Source: Welwitschia mirabilis (lineage: Eukaryota). Taken from it: a stretch of DNA of 64,000 nt. The stretch is taken from positions 10,484,550 to 10,548,549 of the forward strand of contig JBOZIK010000001.1 in the NCBI GenBank assembly GCA_051453625.1, given 5' to 3'. Every line of letters begins with the position of its first letter. Position 1 is the stretch's first letter. Below, piece after piece: positions 52,230 to 64,000 of the stretch. A program made the translations under genes and the position numbers. The notes below the pieces were generated by a model. It was given only the letters and a program-made list of their open reading frames with translations. It was not told the DNA's origin and searched no databases.

Positions 52230-55200
52230 GTCATAGGATCTTCAAACACTCATCCTAATGTAAATCTTACTCTTAAAGAAATGATAGCAAATAGAAAACA
52301 TGAAATACAGACCCTTTTTTATTTATCTCCAACTGACAATATTGAGTTGAAAAACTTGAATGCTTATCCCATCTTTGATGAAAAAAACAATGAGGATCCT
52401 CTCCAATGCATTGCTGACATTAAACAATCAGTTCATACCTTTGGTAACGGATAAAAAAAGAATTACTAATCATACCTATATCATCATTTTTTCCATTATG
52501 TTAAAAGAAAAAGAAAAACTTTGGTTAAGAAATATATCCCACAAGAGTTTAAAAACATGAAATCAAGTTTAGTAAGCTTTTATTTAGAGATTTATTAGTG
52601 AATCAATAATCAGAAAGAGAAAGAAAGAAGTAACTAACTTCCAATAACAACCACACGAGGATTATGCTTCCACCTACGAATGATTCTTTATTGCAATCCA
52701 TTCTAGTTTAATAGATGCATTAACATGAGAAAAATTACTAGATTACTTTTATAGTGGATTGAACAGCCAAATAAAATAGCTTATGAATTTTTCTTATGGT
52801 GAGAATCTCATATTAAAAAATGCTTGAAAAACATTAAAAGAACTTGTTTAAGTGAGTTAAAGAAAAAACTAACATTTAGAGATAACCTCATCATAGACCA
52901 AATTATTAAAGATTTAAAAGAAATAAAATAAGAAAAGGAGATAGAATGAGTATAAACTAAATCAGTAAATTTGATTAGAGATTTTATGACAACCTTATAA
53001 AAATTTTCTGAGATGATTTTAGATTTGAAACTAACAACTAAAAAGAGTGTTGTGCAAACTTGTGACTCATGTGAAGATAATTATCACAAAACTAAGGATC
53101 ATTCTCTTATTACCAACCTATAAAGAAAGAATTTATGAAGAAACTTGTGCTTTTAATCAAAAATCTTCAAACTTTAGAAATCAAAACCAAAATTAGAATC
53201 AAAACCAATTCCAACCTAGGATGCATGCACAATCTAATTTTCAAACCTTTGATAAAAAATTTAAAAATTTTAAAATCAATCCTTAACCTTTCAAAAGTTG
53301 ATTTGAAAATTTAAACTTTCAACCAAGTTCATCAAACTTTTAATATCAAAATAATTCACTTAAAAATTCTATAGATGAACTTAGAAAATCTCAAGAAAAG
53401 GCAAATTATAACATTAAGAATTTAGTGAATGTCCTTTAATAAACTATGTTAGTAAATTAAAGACTGCAAGGATCATTAGAAACACAACCTCTATCAAATC
53501 CTAATGAAATAAGAAAAGGTTATAATATTATGATAAGAATTGAAAATGAAATAAACCATCCTCTTTATGAAGCCTCAACCTTTTAAAACAACATAAGAAA
53601 TGATGAAGAAGAATAGCACATTGAAATATTATAAAATTATAACTTTCATTCTCATTTAAATGATAAAAGTAAAAAAGAAAAATTTTGCAAAGAAAAAAGA
53701 AAAGAAACATATAACCCCTTGGCTTGATAGGCTGAACAGTCATTCAACCTTCGATGATCATCTTAAATCCTTAATGCAAAATGTGAGCATAAACTTACCA
53801 TTTTGGAAACTTTTGTAAGAAAACCCAAAATATTCTAAGTTGTGGAAAGACTTAATAAGAAGAAAATAAAAATGAACTATACCTAGTAAAGCCTTTTTAG
53901 CTCAACCCCTAACCAACTTAGTTTTAAAAAAATCTTCAAAATTTAAATATCCAGGGGTACCAATGGTTAGTTTCATATTAGAGGGAAATAAAAGAAGAAA
54001 AATGGCTTTAATCAACATTGTAATAAATGTCAACATTATGTCATTACACATTTGTAAGAGAATTGGTTTAGAAACTAGAATAAAGATTACTCAGATTATC
54101 TTAGAATTAGTAGACACATCAATTAAGAGATCCTTGAGAGTTATAAAAGATTTAATGATTTAAATTAAAGAGGTATTCTACTCAATAGATGTGGTTGTAA
54201 TAGAGATCAAACATAACAGAGGTTATCCATTACTTCTAGGAAGAGCATTCTATATGATAGCCCATTGCATTATTGAAAGGAGAACTAGGATGATGGAGTG
54301 TCACTTAGAAAATAACAAGTTTACAATTAGAGTTTTTAATGTAGTTGAGAAAGGCCTAGGTGATGAATGGAATGTAGAAAATAAAATTAAGCCAACTTTG
54401 TTTTTACAACATTATCCACTTAAAGAAAGATAGCTAAAGTTACATGAACCTACATATATGACAATCCACTTGAGATATAAAACTTAAAAGATTTTGATAA
54501 ATTCAACTTTGAGCATTCAAAAAATGATCTTTTAGATTAGAAAGATGAATAAATAGAACTTTTTATCTAGAAAGAATTTTAACTATTGCAAACAAATGAG
54601 ATTTCACATTTTAAGCAAGGTCATCCACTTGTGACATTTGAACAATAGTTCAAGACGATGATCATTCTTGATGAATCTTTTTCAAAAACTAAAAATCTTA
54701 GTTTGAATCTAAATTTCAAACCTCTACCTGGTGGACTGAAATAAATTTTTCTCTATAATGATCAAAACAAACTTTTAATAGTCAATGAAAACCACTCTCC
54801 TAATTAATAATCAACCTTAATCTCTTTTTTGAATTCTAAAGTTAATGCATTTGCTTGATCTCATAAAGATCTATCAACCATGCCTCCTTTTATTATTTAA
54901 TATAAAATTTATCTTAAGGTTAGATAATAATAAAGGAGATCAAATCCAATACTTAAACAAGTAGTAAAGGATAAAATAATTAAATTAATGGACATTGGGG
55001 TCATTATGCTATATCAGATAGTGAATGAGTTAGTTCCTTAACTGTAGTACTAAAGAAAGATGGGAAATGGAGAATGTGTACAGACTTTAGAAAACTTAAT
55101 AAAGTCACAAAAAAATACCATTACCTTCTAACCTTCCTTGACCAAATTTAGGGATAGCTTTTTATTTTTTCCTTAATGGATATAGCAGTTATAGTCAAGT

Positions 55201-57436
55201 TTACTAGCTAGTGAAGACTACGATAAAACAACTTTTACTTTTTCTTATAAGACATCTGCTTTTAGATTAACATGTTTTGAACTTTACAATGCTTTTAAAA
55301 CATTTCAATGAGCTATGATGGGTATCTTTCTGACATGTTAAAGGATTGGATAGAAATATTTATGAATGACTTCTTAATCTTTTGAAAAAAGTTTGATCAA
55401 ATCTTAGAAAGATTATAGAAAGTCCTTGATAGATGTATAGAGTATGGCATTTATTTAAGTTGGAAAAAGAGCTTATTTTTAGTTGATAATGGAATAGTCT
55501 CAAGTCACCACATTTTTAATAAAGGATTTAGGATGGACCCTAAAAAAGTAAGTGTCATTAAAGATCTAACTCCTCCAGCCAAAGTTAAATAAATTCAATC
55601 TTTTCTTAGATATTATGGTTTTTATGTTGCTTCATATAAGATTATGCTAAAATCTGTAAATTCCTTCACTTGTTATTAGAGAAAGAAGTAAAATTTGAAT
55701 TGAATAAATCTTGTCAACTTGCTTTCAACACACTTAAGAATAAAATCTCTTCTTTATCTATTATGATAGGACATAGTTAGAATAAGGATTTTAAACTAAT
55801 GTGTGACGTTATTAATATTGTTGTGGGTGGAATGCTTAGAAAAAAATATGAAAATGATTCTAAAGCTATATCTTATCATAATAAAACATTATTTAAAGCT
55901 CAAACAAATTACACAACTATTGAGAGAGAGATATTAGCCATAATATTTTGTCTCGATAATCTTAGATATTATCTTTTAGGCCTCCATACAAACATTTACA
56001 TAGATCATGCAACTAATTGATAATTGATGGATAAGAAATATTCTAGTGCTAGATTGATTAGATAGATCCTTTTAATGTAGGAATTTAATCTCACCATCAT
56101 AGATAAGGCAGGAATACATAATAATGTAGTAGATTATTCATCATGCCTTTCTTCTTCTAATGACTTTTTTTATTAATGATTCTTTCCTAGATGAATAATT
56201 TTTTACTATATCTTCTACTTATCACCCTCCTTGATATGTTGATATTATCAATTATGTTAATACTTTAAAAACAACACAAAATTAGGATCACAATCAAAGA
56301 AAATCTTTCTTCAATAGAATAGGTGATTATGAATGGATAGAGCCACATCTTTATCATAGGTGGAAATACAAAATCATGAGAAAATGTATGCCAGAATGGA
56401 AAAAATTAGATATCCTTCATCTTTATCATGGTGGTATTTGTGATGGATATTTTAGTGATTAAAAAACAGCCATGAAAGTTTTTCATTCTAGATTTTATGC
56501 TAGAAGGTGTGATGCATGTCAACATTATGGTATCCTTATACATTCTCAAGAAATGGTCCTTAAACTAATTCTTAAATGTGAACCTTTTTATTATTTAGGA
56601 ATCAATTTCATAGGCCTAATCAAATCACCTTCTAAAGATAAAAACTACATCTTAGTGGTTATTGATTATGTGACTAAATGATTTGAAGTAATTTCTACTT
56701 TTATAAATGATGCCTAAACTATTTGTAATTTTGTTAGAATTTAAATTTTTTAATAATTTAGCTTTTCTTGAATAATCATTAGTGATCAGGGAACTCATTT
56801 TATCAATCATCTTTTTAGGAAACTTCTTTTATCCATTAGAACAGAACATAGAATAGTTGTGCTTACCATTTACAAATCAATGAATAAGTTGAAAATACCA
56901 ATAAAAAAACTAAAAAAGTGCTTTAAAAATCTATTTCTACTAATAAGAAATCTTGGGCTTTTAAACTTAATAATACTCTTTGAGCTTACCATACTACTTG
57001 GTGTAATTCTCTTGGTTTTTCACCTTATGAACTTGTATACAACAAAGTCTGTATTTTACCTATTGATGTTTGTTACAATTTCTATTATTCAATACATTAA
57101 CTTAATTTTGTAAAGTTAGAAGAAAATCTTAAAACTCATTTAGTTCAATTAGGTTATTTAGATGAAAACCAAACTTAAGTTATACATCATCAACTTATTC
57201 ACAAAGCTCAAAATAAGTTTAAACATGATAAAAAGTTAATTCATAAGAAGTTTAAACTTGGTCAACTAGTTCTGTTATACAATAATAGAGTACATCTTCC
57301 ACATAATAAGTTGACTTAAAAATGGTTAGATTCTTACCTTATCAAGAAAGTATATTTTAATGGCTCTATTGAGATTTTTTACTTAACCATTAAATACATT
57401 CATAAAGTTAATGGACAAAGGTTAAAAATATCTTAG
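52230..57436 (+). pseudogene. Degenerate gag-pol of copy B
   Basis: gag EDPLQCIADI, protease ALINIVINVNIM, YPLLLGRAF, RT KKDGKWRMCTDFRKLN and IFMNDF, RH LMCDV/YTTIEREILAI, IN CDACQ, YILVVIDYVTK, IISDQGTHF, and C-terminal HKVNGQRLK. Confidence 0.93.
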
Positions 57437-59695
57437 CAACTTTCTAATGCAATTTTGAACATGATAGGAGCACTTGTCTTCGAGTTTCTCCTCGATGAGA
57501 AGGACTTCCTCCCTAACATTATCTAAATTTTCTCTTAGCTTATTCCTTTAAAGGATATTATGATGTCACTTGATCATCTTTTAAACATGACTTATGTATT
57601 TATTTTATTTCTATGAGTAGTCTTTATACTTGGGCATTTTATAGTGGTAAGATTGGATTCACCTAATCTGAAGACATTTACACATCTAGAACTTCATTTC
57701 AAAGGAAGATACTTTATTTTTTATGTTTTTCTCAAAGGCAAAAAAACTTTGATTATTTAGGTGTCTTCTTTTCTATCTTTCCTCTCACTACTTCAAATTC
57801 ATCTTTTAGGGTGTATGATCATGTGAAATTTATCTTTTACTTCTTTGATTTCAAAAAAATGAAGGAAAAAGAAAAAGTAAAAAAAAATCAAATCATGATG
57901 ATTTATATCTGAACTAGCTTAAAAACATGGTCACCATGATGTCCTACTACAAGCACACCATGGAAAATTTTCCTGAGAGAAGCCTTTGACAGTGTGATAT
58001 GGTAGTTGTGAAAGGTCCACTAGAAGGTTAATTGGTCATACTTTGTAGGTCCTTACTTCTCGAATTATGGTTGTACTTTTCTCATCATAGAAAATAAAAT
58101 AATGAAAATGTTAAGGCTCTGAAATCAGTGGTGTTCCAAGTATTATCATAAGCATTTCTTATTTCTTACACTCTTAGTCTTTTCACATGATCATTTTACT
58201 TTTGAGGATTCAGGTGTCTGTTTTAAGATGTTAATAAGTAAGTTCATTTTTAAGAAACTCTTTAATCTTATCACTTATTATCTAGAGCATTTTATTTTTA
58301 GCATCGTCATAACCACTGCCTTTCGAATGGAACTTTATAGAGTTATACATTTAGTCATGCATTTTAAATTAAGTGATGTTATGATCTCTCCCATATGAGT
58401 CTACTAAGTTAGAATTTAGGGTATGTAGGCTATATTCTTCATGTTCATTATGTCCATTTTTTATTTTGATTTTTTTTAATTACTTAGTTACTTATTTTAA
58501 AGCTATTTTTGTACTCTCTTATCATTTTAGGACCTTAACGTTTGGTAGTTTCCTTGCTTAGTTTTTAATAAAAAGTATATTTCTTAATTAGATGAGTTTC
58601 CTTTTAATTTTTTTGATATTTATTTTTAGTTTTTTGGGGTTTTATAGATTGTTCATAAGTATTTTTGCAAAGGCACATTTGTTGAATACTCATGGACCTA
58701 CTTCATCCCAACTAGCATATTTTCGTCGCTTAATTTTTTGATCATTCACATTCAATATTTGTCAAAATCTTTTCCAAATATTTATTTTTCAAATATGATA
58801 TTTCTACATTAAGCTCTGAACTTAATCTATTGACTATCAAAATTTAAGTTTTACAAAATTTTGTCAAACACTTATTGTCTACTTGATCATCTAGATAATA
58901 GGAAGGATGACAGCCTAGATTTTCCTGACAGTCATTCTAGGGTTGTTATCTAAACAACATGACCAGATGATAATGTGTTAAAACCATGGGCTCCATTTTT
59001 TTCCACCATTTTTCACCATTTCTAAGCCTTCTCACTTCATTCCTTCATATGGCACATATCACGCTAGGAACTACCACTAATTCAGGACCCCCTCTTGTAA
59101 ATTTGGTACTCTGTATTACAAGATTTAAGTGAATTTTTGAAAATGTGATGTGTTTTCATTCTCTTACTTATTTTTAATTTTTTCTCTTAATTCTTGATCT
59201 TTTGAAGCATAGTTTGGACTTATGTTGTTTAGGTTTTCATGCTCTTCAATTTTGAACTCATGAATTCAGTTTTCACCACAAAGTTTTCACAAAATCTGAA
59301 ATTATGCATTTTATGATGTAGAATTAGGATTTTATATTTGAAATTTGTTTTCTCATAAACTGTAAATTGAATTAACATGATCCTTTTAGCAAATTAATCA
59401 ATGTAATAAGCTTTACATTTCTACTAGATTAGATGTTTCATTTTAGCACTTTCAGTTTTTGACCTTATGTGGGGCTTACTTAATTAGCAATTTCTCATTT
59501 TTTCTAATTTTCATGTGATTTATTCACTCCATTAGTCAATATAAGACATATTATTTTTTAATCCAAGGAAGGACTAATTTTCATAATTTTTACACTAAAA
59601 AATCAATTTATGGAGTCATTTTAGAGCTTCCATAAGACATAATTTTTTGTGATTTCTACTTGATACAAATATGTGCTAAATTTTTATGTTTGATT

Positions 59696-60770
59696 AGGCC
59701 TTACATAATTAAGGCTAGGCAAGCCGAGGTAGAGGCTAAACTATCAAAGTAGAGGACGGGCCCTCTGGTTCCACATGTGATATAACGCATTGAGCTTGTA
59801 CACCCTTCACCTCGACAAACGCATTCTTGGTAGATCCAGGTAGTTTCTATCACTTTTGAGAGATACTTTAGTGACTTTATGAGTTAGATAGAGCTAGAGA
59901 TAAAGTAGAGATTGGTAGATCTATAGCTTAGATGGATCATTGACATTCATGGATTATACTTTACTTCAAAGACCAAAACATTCTATGACACTATGCACAT
60001 TGAGAGGTGATTAGATGTTCATGATCATTTGGTTGATATGATTATTACTTTTATACATGACCATGACGTATTAATCCTCTTAAGCCACATTATTACTATC
60101 ATTGTTTTAGATGGCATTGGGAGTATACATATCCACTTAGCTGATGGTACAGAGGATTGTTGAACTTATGGCGTAGTATCAGATTTTAGTGGTATTCAGG
60201 TAAGGGGAGCAGATGGACCTTTCAACTTTCATTTGGAGGAGACTCAAATTCATGATTGAGGCTAGATATTTATAGCATTTGGGATATTCAAGCCTCCTCT
60301 TAATGATATTCAAATGCTTCAGTATACCTGAGCCTATAGGAAAGTACAGATTAACACATTTATAGACTTTAGCTTGCTACCTACAGGACATCAGGATTCA
60401 AATTCCAAGAGAGGTAAAGAGATCTTAGGTTTACAGAATTATATCTAAGACTACTATTAATTATATTTAGGTTCTCCTAGTTGAGATAGTTTAGGATCTT
60501 ATAGAGACCACAAATCAAGGATTCATAGAGCTTTGAGATAGGATATCTACTATTGAGAGGAGAGTTCAGAACACTAAGAAGCAACTCATTAGTGTACGTC
60601 ATCGCATCCTATGAATAGAGCTTGGTGTAATTGTTGACCTTCTAGAGTCTATCAAAGTACAGGGAGATGAGACCACTTGGTCCATTATGATAGCTCTTAA
60701 CCAATTTTTCCCTATGGATTTTAAGCATCTTCCATCTTTTCCAACTGCACCTAAGCCTACTACCCATTAA
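59696..60770 (+). pseudogene. Extra (env-like) ORF of copy B, about 360 codons, decayed
   Basis: GC-richer block reading PYIIKARQAEVEAKL...LRWIIDIHGLYFTSKTKTFYDTMHIE...PSFPTAPKPTTH*. Similar at the amino-acid level to copy F. Confidence 0.7.
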
Positions 60771-61305
60771 GACTTCATTGTGGTACGATAATGGGAGTAA
60801 TATATATTTTTATTATACTTCGTATGTTTCCTCTATGGATTATACTAAAAATGATGATTTTTATAAACATAAGTTCTAAGCATTTTTCATGATTATTATG
60901 TACATTTTAAGATTTGAGGCATTTTTCATTGTGATGATATTACATGTTAGACATAGTTATTTGCATGATAGGATAAAAATTAAGTGGAAGGCTAATAAGT
61001 TTTAAATGAAAGTTGATATGTATATTTTGAAAAAAAAAAATTGCAGGCTTCTATTTTTCCAAGCTTTTTGATTGACTATCATCTGCTTTATCTAGGAAAA
61101 TGATAGCTTACCTCAGTGATTCTGCAAAGCTAAAACATTTAGTCATCTAATTTTCATGTTTTATTCTACTCTGTGATATTTTTAGCATTATCTATAAGCC
61201 CATTTTATAATTTCTAAATTAATCTTGTGTTTAAGACAATTTGTTTTGCAATCATAGTTATTCACTTGGTTTTATCAAGGAGTGAAAAGACTAAGCAAAT
61301 GGCTA

Positions 61306-61842
61306 TGATGCGTTAATTTATGTGTATTTGATGGGGTATTATGGATTATTTTATAGGACATTAGACAGGTTTATGTTGAGTTTCTATGATTGTGGAGAGT
61401 TAAAGAAAACATCATGAAATCATATAGACTCCATTACATTTTGTAACTATTTAAAGCAATTTACAATACTTCCTATTTGAAGTAAAGATATTGTAAATAA
61501 GAAGCTAATGTAGTTCAAGAAGACTTTCATAAAAGCCTATCATCCACTCCATCATTCAGACAATAGTTAGGATGATAGATGAAGACTTGCTTACATGGAT
61601 GATTACTATATAAATCAAGTAGCTGACGTAGATCTTGTATAGTTTGCATCGTCTCCTCCATCATTCAGATGATAATTAATATGATACTGAAGTAAAACAA
61701 TTTGCCAACTTTCATCCATTTCATCCGTTTCTTTCTCATGATTAAGCATATTTCTAGCATAACTATTACATCGTGAGCATCAGTTAGGTTTTTTTTTTTT
61801 TTTTTAGTATAAATAAACCTCCCCCTCAATCCTCTTATTAAT
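61306..61842 (+). repeat. 3' LTR of copy B or an independent same-family LTR, truncated by a gap
   Basis: Colinear with 50126-50658, roughly 80% identical by eye. No clear PPT immediately upstream. Confidence 0.85.
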
Positions 61843-61942
61843 NNNNNNNNNNNNNNNNNNNNNNNNNNNNNNNNNNNNNNNNNNNNNNNNNNNNNNNNNN
61901 NNNNNNNNNNNNNNNNNNNNNNNNNNNNNNNNNNNNNNNNNN

Positions 61943-64000
61943 TATAAAAAGTTTTACCCTAGTCAACTTATTTTGTTATACAACAATATAGTTTATCTTT
62001 TGAATAACAAGTTGGCCTCTAAATGGTTAGATTCTTAACTTGTAGAGAAAGTGCACTCGAATGGATTAATTAAGATTTTAGACTTAGAGACTAGAGAAAT
62101 TCATAAGTTTAATGGAGAATAATTGAAATTATATAAAGAATCTTTAGATGTAACCATGGACATAGTTAAAGCACTTGTTTTGGAAGTTTCCCTCAATGAG
62201 GAGGACTTTATCTCTATCATTTTCTGAGTTCTTTCATAACCTACTTCTTTGATTAATATTATGATGTTACTTGATCATCTTTTAAACTTGACTTGTGTAT
62301 TACTTTATGAGGTTTTATGATTAGTATTTATACTTAGGCATTTACAGTGGTAAGATTAGATTTATCCAATCTTAAAATATGCTTATGTCTATGGACTTCA
62401 CTTAAAGGACAATGCCTTCATTCTTATGCTTTTCTTTCAATGGTGTTAAGATTTTTAGTTGTTTGGGAGTGTTCTTTTTTATCTTTTATCTGGTATTTAC
62501 CTTTTTCTTTTTGAGTGTATAATCATGTGGTAATTTCCAAAAAAAAAAAAAAAGAAACAAAAGAAAGAGATAAAGAAATAATGACCATGATCTATTATAT
62601 TTTATGCTTTAAGAAAAATATGTAGTTACTATGATGTTTTACCATAAGTGTATAATTTTTTTCAAGAGGAACCTTTGGAAATAGTTATGGAACTCCACTA
62701 GGAGGTTAGTTGGCCATGCTTCATGGATCCTTACTCCTCTGACTGTGGTTGTACTTCCCTCATCATGGAAAAAGCTGTAATAAAACTTTGAGGCTATGGA
62801 ATCAATGGTATTCTTAGTGTTATCAGAAGAATTTCTTATTTTCTAGACTCGTAGTATTCCCACTTGATCATTCCACTTTTGAAGATTCTAGTGTATTTGT
62901 GGGATGAGAGCATGTGAGTTCATTTCTAAGTAGCTTTTAATATTGACATTCATTGTTTTAAGCACTTGAATTTTTTGGTATCACTATAACCACTGCCTTT
63001 TTGAGTAAAACTTTATGACGTTTATACATTTTGTCAATCATATTTACTCAAGTGACTTTGTCATGTCATCCTTGGGAGTTTGCTAGATTAGAACTTAGGA
63101 CAGGTAAGTAATCTTCTCTTTGTTCCTTGTGTTCATTTTCATTCTATATTTCTTTGGTTTTTGAGTTTGGGATTTTAAATTCATTTATGCATTNNNNNNN
63201 NNNNNNNNNNNNNNNNNNNNNNNNNNNNNNNNNNNNNNNNNNNNNNNNNNNNNNNNNNNNNNNNNNNNNNNNNNNNNNNNNNNNNNNNNNNNNATTTTAA
63301 ATTCATTTATGCATTTTTTCATTCTTCAATGGGATCTTAATCATTTAGTAGGTTTCTTGCTGTTCTTTTATGTTATATCATTTTTGGTAAGCATTTGAAA
63401 ATCAAAAGAATATCTTTTTTTCATTTCATAACTTTTATGAATTTTCTTATAGCTTATGGAGTTTTGAGTTTATCTTGATTTTTGTTTCTATTCAATCATA
63501 TTGATTTAACTTTTAATGTTAGGTTCTCATCCTGGATAGTCTATTTTCTTTAGCCATAGTTCTCTTTTCTTGTGAGTTTGTCCTTTTTCTCTTGATTTTC
63601 ATGGTTTTCTTTCTTATTTTCTGTTTTTTTAACTTTTTCTATTAAATTTTGATACTTAAATAATCATATTTGAGCCTCATTTTATTGGTTGACATCTTTC
63701 TTTCTAAAAAATTTTTGAATTCCCTATTGCTCACTTGCTCGTCTAAACGACATTAACACGACTAGACGACAATGCGATATAACCATGATTTAAACCCTTT
63801 TTCCTTCTTTTTTGTTTTCCTCATTTCTTTATCATTTTTGGTTGTTCCTTTAAGAGACGATAACCACTCTAGCTTGTACCACCTTCTGGAACTTGTTTTA
63901 CTTGATTTCGTGTCCAGATTTGGGAGATTTCACTAAATCTTCAAAAATAAGGTATGTTTCTCTCTCCTCTAGTTTTTTAATTTTTTCTCCTGTTTTTTAG
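61943..64000 (+). mobile_element. Athila-like copy D: integrase C-terminus and post-pol region
   Basis: QLILLYNN...KLASKWLDS...HKFNGE*LKLY; the downstream sequence is colinear with 57440-59190. Confidence 0.88.

Larger units (their letters stand above)
50126..61842 (+). mobile_element. Near full-length Athila-like Ty3/Gypsy element, copy B
   Basis: 5' LTR, PBS, gag-PR-RT-RH-IN, a 3.9-kb 3' region with an extra ORF, and a second LTR running into a gap. Confidence 0.92.

Noticed and set aside
1..64000. Fungal RIP, endogenous virus, or a named host species
   Set aside because: The elements belong to plant lineages (Athila, SIRE, CACTA). No caulimovirid movement or coat protein motifs were seen, and the host cannot be determined from this sequence alone.

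Overview
This is an AT-rich, gap-ridden plant genomic window with no recognisable intact host gene and no RNA gene. It is a nested set of old, heavily C-to-T-decayed transposons. (1) Ty3/Gypsy Athila-like LTR retrotransposons occur as several copies: minus 1-7900; an almost complete plus copy at 50126-61842; partial copies at 44425-48010, 29210-30646 and 61943-64000; a related LTR at 42803-44424; and a distinct LTR+PBS at about 11492-13937. (2) Two copies of one Ty1/Copia family lie on the minus strand at about 8900-11300 and 36900-42135. (3) A Sirevirus (SIRE) Copia element at about 17990-29209 keeps gag-protease and an env-like ORF but lacks IN/RT/RH; it is interrupted by a Tekay-like LTR and a second LTR+PBS. 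(4) CACTA-type ends occur at 13938 and about 32660. Many near-identical duplications flanking N gaps look like uncollapsed haplotypes. I do not see a convincing new biological system. The most interesting signals are the extra env-like ORFs in both Gypsy and Copia elements, the pol-less Sirevirus, the atypical Athila RT loop and the deep nesting. Protein family assignments come from motif recognition by eye, not database searches.
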